Positions 61,630 to 64,000 of a DNA stretch of 64,000 nucleotides are shown here, in pieces. How positions within the stretch are numbered: position 1 is the first letter of the stretch; each line of letters opens with the position of its first letter. Made by a program: the position numbers and the translations under genes. This stretch comes from Heterodontus francisci. Lineage: Eukaryota. The DNA is taken from the NCBI RefSeq assembly GCF_036365525.1, contig NC_090397.1, forward strand, positions 44,718,893-44,782,892. The letters run 5' to 3'. Under the pieces are notes generated by a model that saw only the letters and a list, made by a program, of their open reading frames with translations, ran no database searches and was not told where the DNA came from.

Positions 61630-64000
61630 GGGAGGTGATGGCATAGTGGTATTGTCACTGGACTAGTAAACCAGAGACCCAGGGTATTACTCTGGGGACA
61701 TGGGTTAAAATCCCACTACAGCAGAAGGTCGAATTTGAATTCAATTAATAAAAATCTGGAATTCAAAAGCCAGTCTAATAATGGTCATGAAACTATTGTC
61801 GATTGTTGTAAAAACTCATCTGGTTCACGAATGGCCTTTTAGGGAAGGAAATCTGCTGTCCTTATCTGTGACTCCAGACCCACAGCAATGTGGTTGACTC
61901 TTACGTGCCCTCTGAAATGGCCTAGCAAGCCACTCAGTTGTATCTAACCGCTATGAAGTCAATAAAAAGGAATGAAACCGGACGGATCACCCGGCATCGA
62001 CCTAGGCACCGGAAATGACAACTGCAAACCCAGCCCTGTCCACCCTGCAAAGTCCTCCTTGCTAACATCTGGGGGCTTGTGCCAAAGTTGGGAGAGCTGT
62101 CCCACAGACTAGTCAAACAACAGCCTGACATAGTCATGCTCACGGAATCATACCTGACAGACAATGTCCCAGACACTACCATTACCATCCCTGGGTATGT
62201 CCTGTCCCACTGGCAGGACAGACCTAGCCGAGGTGGTGGCACAGTGATATACGATAGTGGGGGAGTTGCCCTGGGAGTCCTCAACATCGATTCTGGACCC
62301 CAAGAAGCCTCATGGCATCAGGTCAAACATGGACAAGGAAATCTCCTGCTGATTACCACCTAACGCCCTCCGTCAGCTGATGAGTCAGTACTCCTCCATG
62401 TTGAACACCATTTGGAGGAAGCACTGAAGGTGGCAAGGGCACAAAATGTACTCTGGGTGGGGGACTTCAATGTCCATCACCATGAGTGGCTCGGTAGCAC
62501 TGCTACTGACCGAGTTGGCTAAGTCCTAAAGGACCTATCTGCTAGTCTGGGTATGCGGCAGGTGGTGAGGGAACCAACAAGAGGGGAAAACATACTTGAC
62601 CTCATACTCCCCAATCTGCCTGCCGCAGATGCATCTGTCCATGACAGTATTGGTAGAAGTGACCACCGCACAGTCGTTGTGGAGACTAAGTCCTGCCTTC
62701 ACATTGAGGATACCCTCCTTCGTGTTGTGTGGCACTATCACCATGCTAAATGGGATAGGTTTCGGACAGATCTAGCAGTGCAATACTGGACATCCATGAG
62801 GCGCCGTGTGCCATCAGCAGCGGCAGAATTGTACTCAACCACAATCTGCAACCTCATGTCCAGGCATATCCCCCACTCTACCATTAATATCAAGGCAGGA
62901 GACCAAACCTGGTTCAATGAAGAGTGCAGGAAGGCATGCCAGGAGCAGTGCCAGGCATACCTAAAAATGAGGTGTCAACCTGGTGAAGCTATAACACAGG
63001 ACTATCTGCGTGCCAAACTGCGTAAGCAGCATGCGATAGAGCTAGGCGATCCCATAACCAACGGATCAGATCTAAGCTCTGCAGTCCTGCCACATCCAGC
63101 CGTGAATGGTGGTGAACAATTAAACAACTAACTGGAGGAGGTGGCTCCACAACTATCCCCATCCTCAACGATGGAGGAGCCCAGCACATCAGTGCGAAAG
63201 ATAAGGCTGAAACATTTGCAACAATCTTCAGCCAGAAGTGCCGAGTTGATGATCCATCTCGGCCTCCTTCTGAAGTCCCCAGCATCGCACATGCCAGACT
63301 TTAGCCAATTCAATTCACTCCACATGATATCAAGAAATAACTGAAGGCGCTGGATACTGCAAAGGCTATGGGCCCTGACAATATTCGGGCAATAGTACTG
63401 AAGACCTGCGCTCCAGAACTTGCCATGCTCCAGAACTTGCCGTGCCCTTAGCCAAGCTGTTCCAGTGCAGCTACAACACTGGCATCGACCCTGCAATGTG
63501 GAAAATTGCCCAGGTATGTCCTGTACACAAAAAGCGGGATAAGTCCAACCCGGCCAATTACCGCCCCATCTGCCTACTCTCAATCATCAGTAAAGTGATT
63601 GAGGATGTCATCAACAGTGCCATCAAGCAGCACTTGCTTAGCAATAACTTGCTCATTGACGCTCAGGGCCACTCAGCTCCTACCTCATTACAGCCTTGGT
63701 TCAAACATCGACAAAAGAGCTGAACTCACGAGGTGAGGTGTGAGTAACTGCCCTTGACATCAAGGCAGCATTTGACCGAGTATGGCAGCAAGGAGCCCTA
63801 GCAAAACTGAGGTCAATGGGAATCGGGGGGGAAACCCCTCCACTGGTTGGAAACATACCTAGCGCAAAGGAAGATGGTTGTGGTTGTTGGAGGTCAATCA
63901 TCTGAGCTCCAGGACATCACTGCAGGAGTTCCTCAGGGTAGTGTCCTAGGCCCAACCATATTCAGCTGCTTCATCAATGACCTTCCTTCAATCATAAGGT
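61630..64000 (+). mobile_element. 5'-intact copy of the tRNA-headed LINE (head, endonuclease, RT start); runs off the window
   Basis: A box TGGCATAGTGG and B-box-like GGTTAAAATCC. EN begins at ~62050 (KVLLANIWGL...PDIVMLTESYL, VGDFNVHH, IGRSDH). RT motifs KSNPANYRPICLLS, ALDIKAAFDRVW and GVPQGSVLGP. Scattered stops. Confidence 0.9.

Noticed and set aside
63408-63441. Short tandem duplications (17 bp here; 26 bp at ~23795-23846; ~15 bp at 4261-4290)
   Set aside because: Ordinary slippage duplications inside decayed TEs, with no evidence of function.
1-64000. Prokaryotic systems (CRISPR, retron, DGR, defence operons) suggested by the many RT ORFs and repeats
   Set aside because: The sequence has spliceosomal introns and vertebrate genes. 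All RT fragments carry non-LTR retrotransposon motifs with APE endonuclease, and there is no regularly spaced repeat-spacer array.
49784-64000. FAM185A exon 3
   Set aside because: I found no segment resembling the expected next peptide (about GQKLHVQTKGGKVICLG) with splice sites. It probably lies beyond the window.

Overview
This is vertebrate genomic DNA, not prokaryotic. The SINE/LINE complement suggests a cartilaginous fish (shark), which is an inference. Three genes are present. CCDC146 lies on the minus strand, with a probable non-coding exon 1 near 45.9 kb, its first coding exon at 34590-34742 and the next exon at 1165-1247. A complete two-exon FGL2 (26171-29927, +, 432 aa) is nested antisense inside the ~33 kb CCDC146 intron. 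The first two exons of FAM185A (46612-47011 and 49674-49783, +) sit head-to-head with CCDC146 across a ~0.6 kb promoter carrying an RFX X-box and a ZNF143-type motif. Most of the rest is decayed, often nested transposable elements: CR1, L2 and RTE LINEs, V-domain and Deu-like SINEs, Harbinger remnants and MITEs, a hAT MITE and two solo LTRs. Nearly all short ORFs in the track are TE fragments or antisense shadows. The strongest lead is a LINE family with a tRNA-derived A/B-box 5' head, no room for ORF1 and essentially no sense-strand TTTT over a ~3.2 kb composite, which makes it a candidate Pol III-transcribed autonomous LINE. A SINE made of that LINE's two ends is also present. Other highlights are an FGL2 lacking the first coiled-coil Cys pair and the proposed prothrombinase Ser, a 254-bp-arm palindrome broken by an RTE+SINE insertion, and several locally templated duplications and inversions. 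Gene and family names come from my recall of homologous sequences, not from database searches. TE boundaries are approximate unless a TSD is given.
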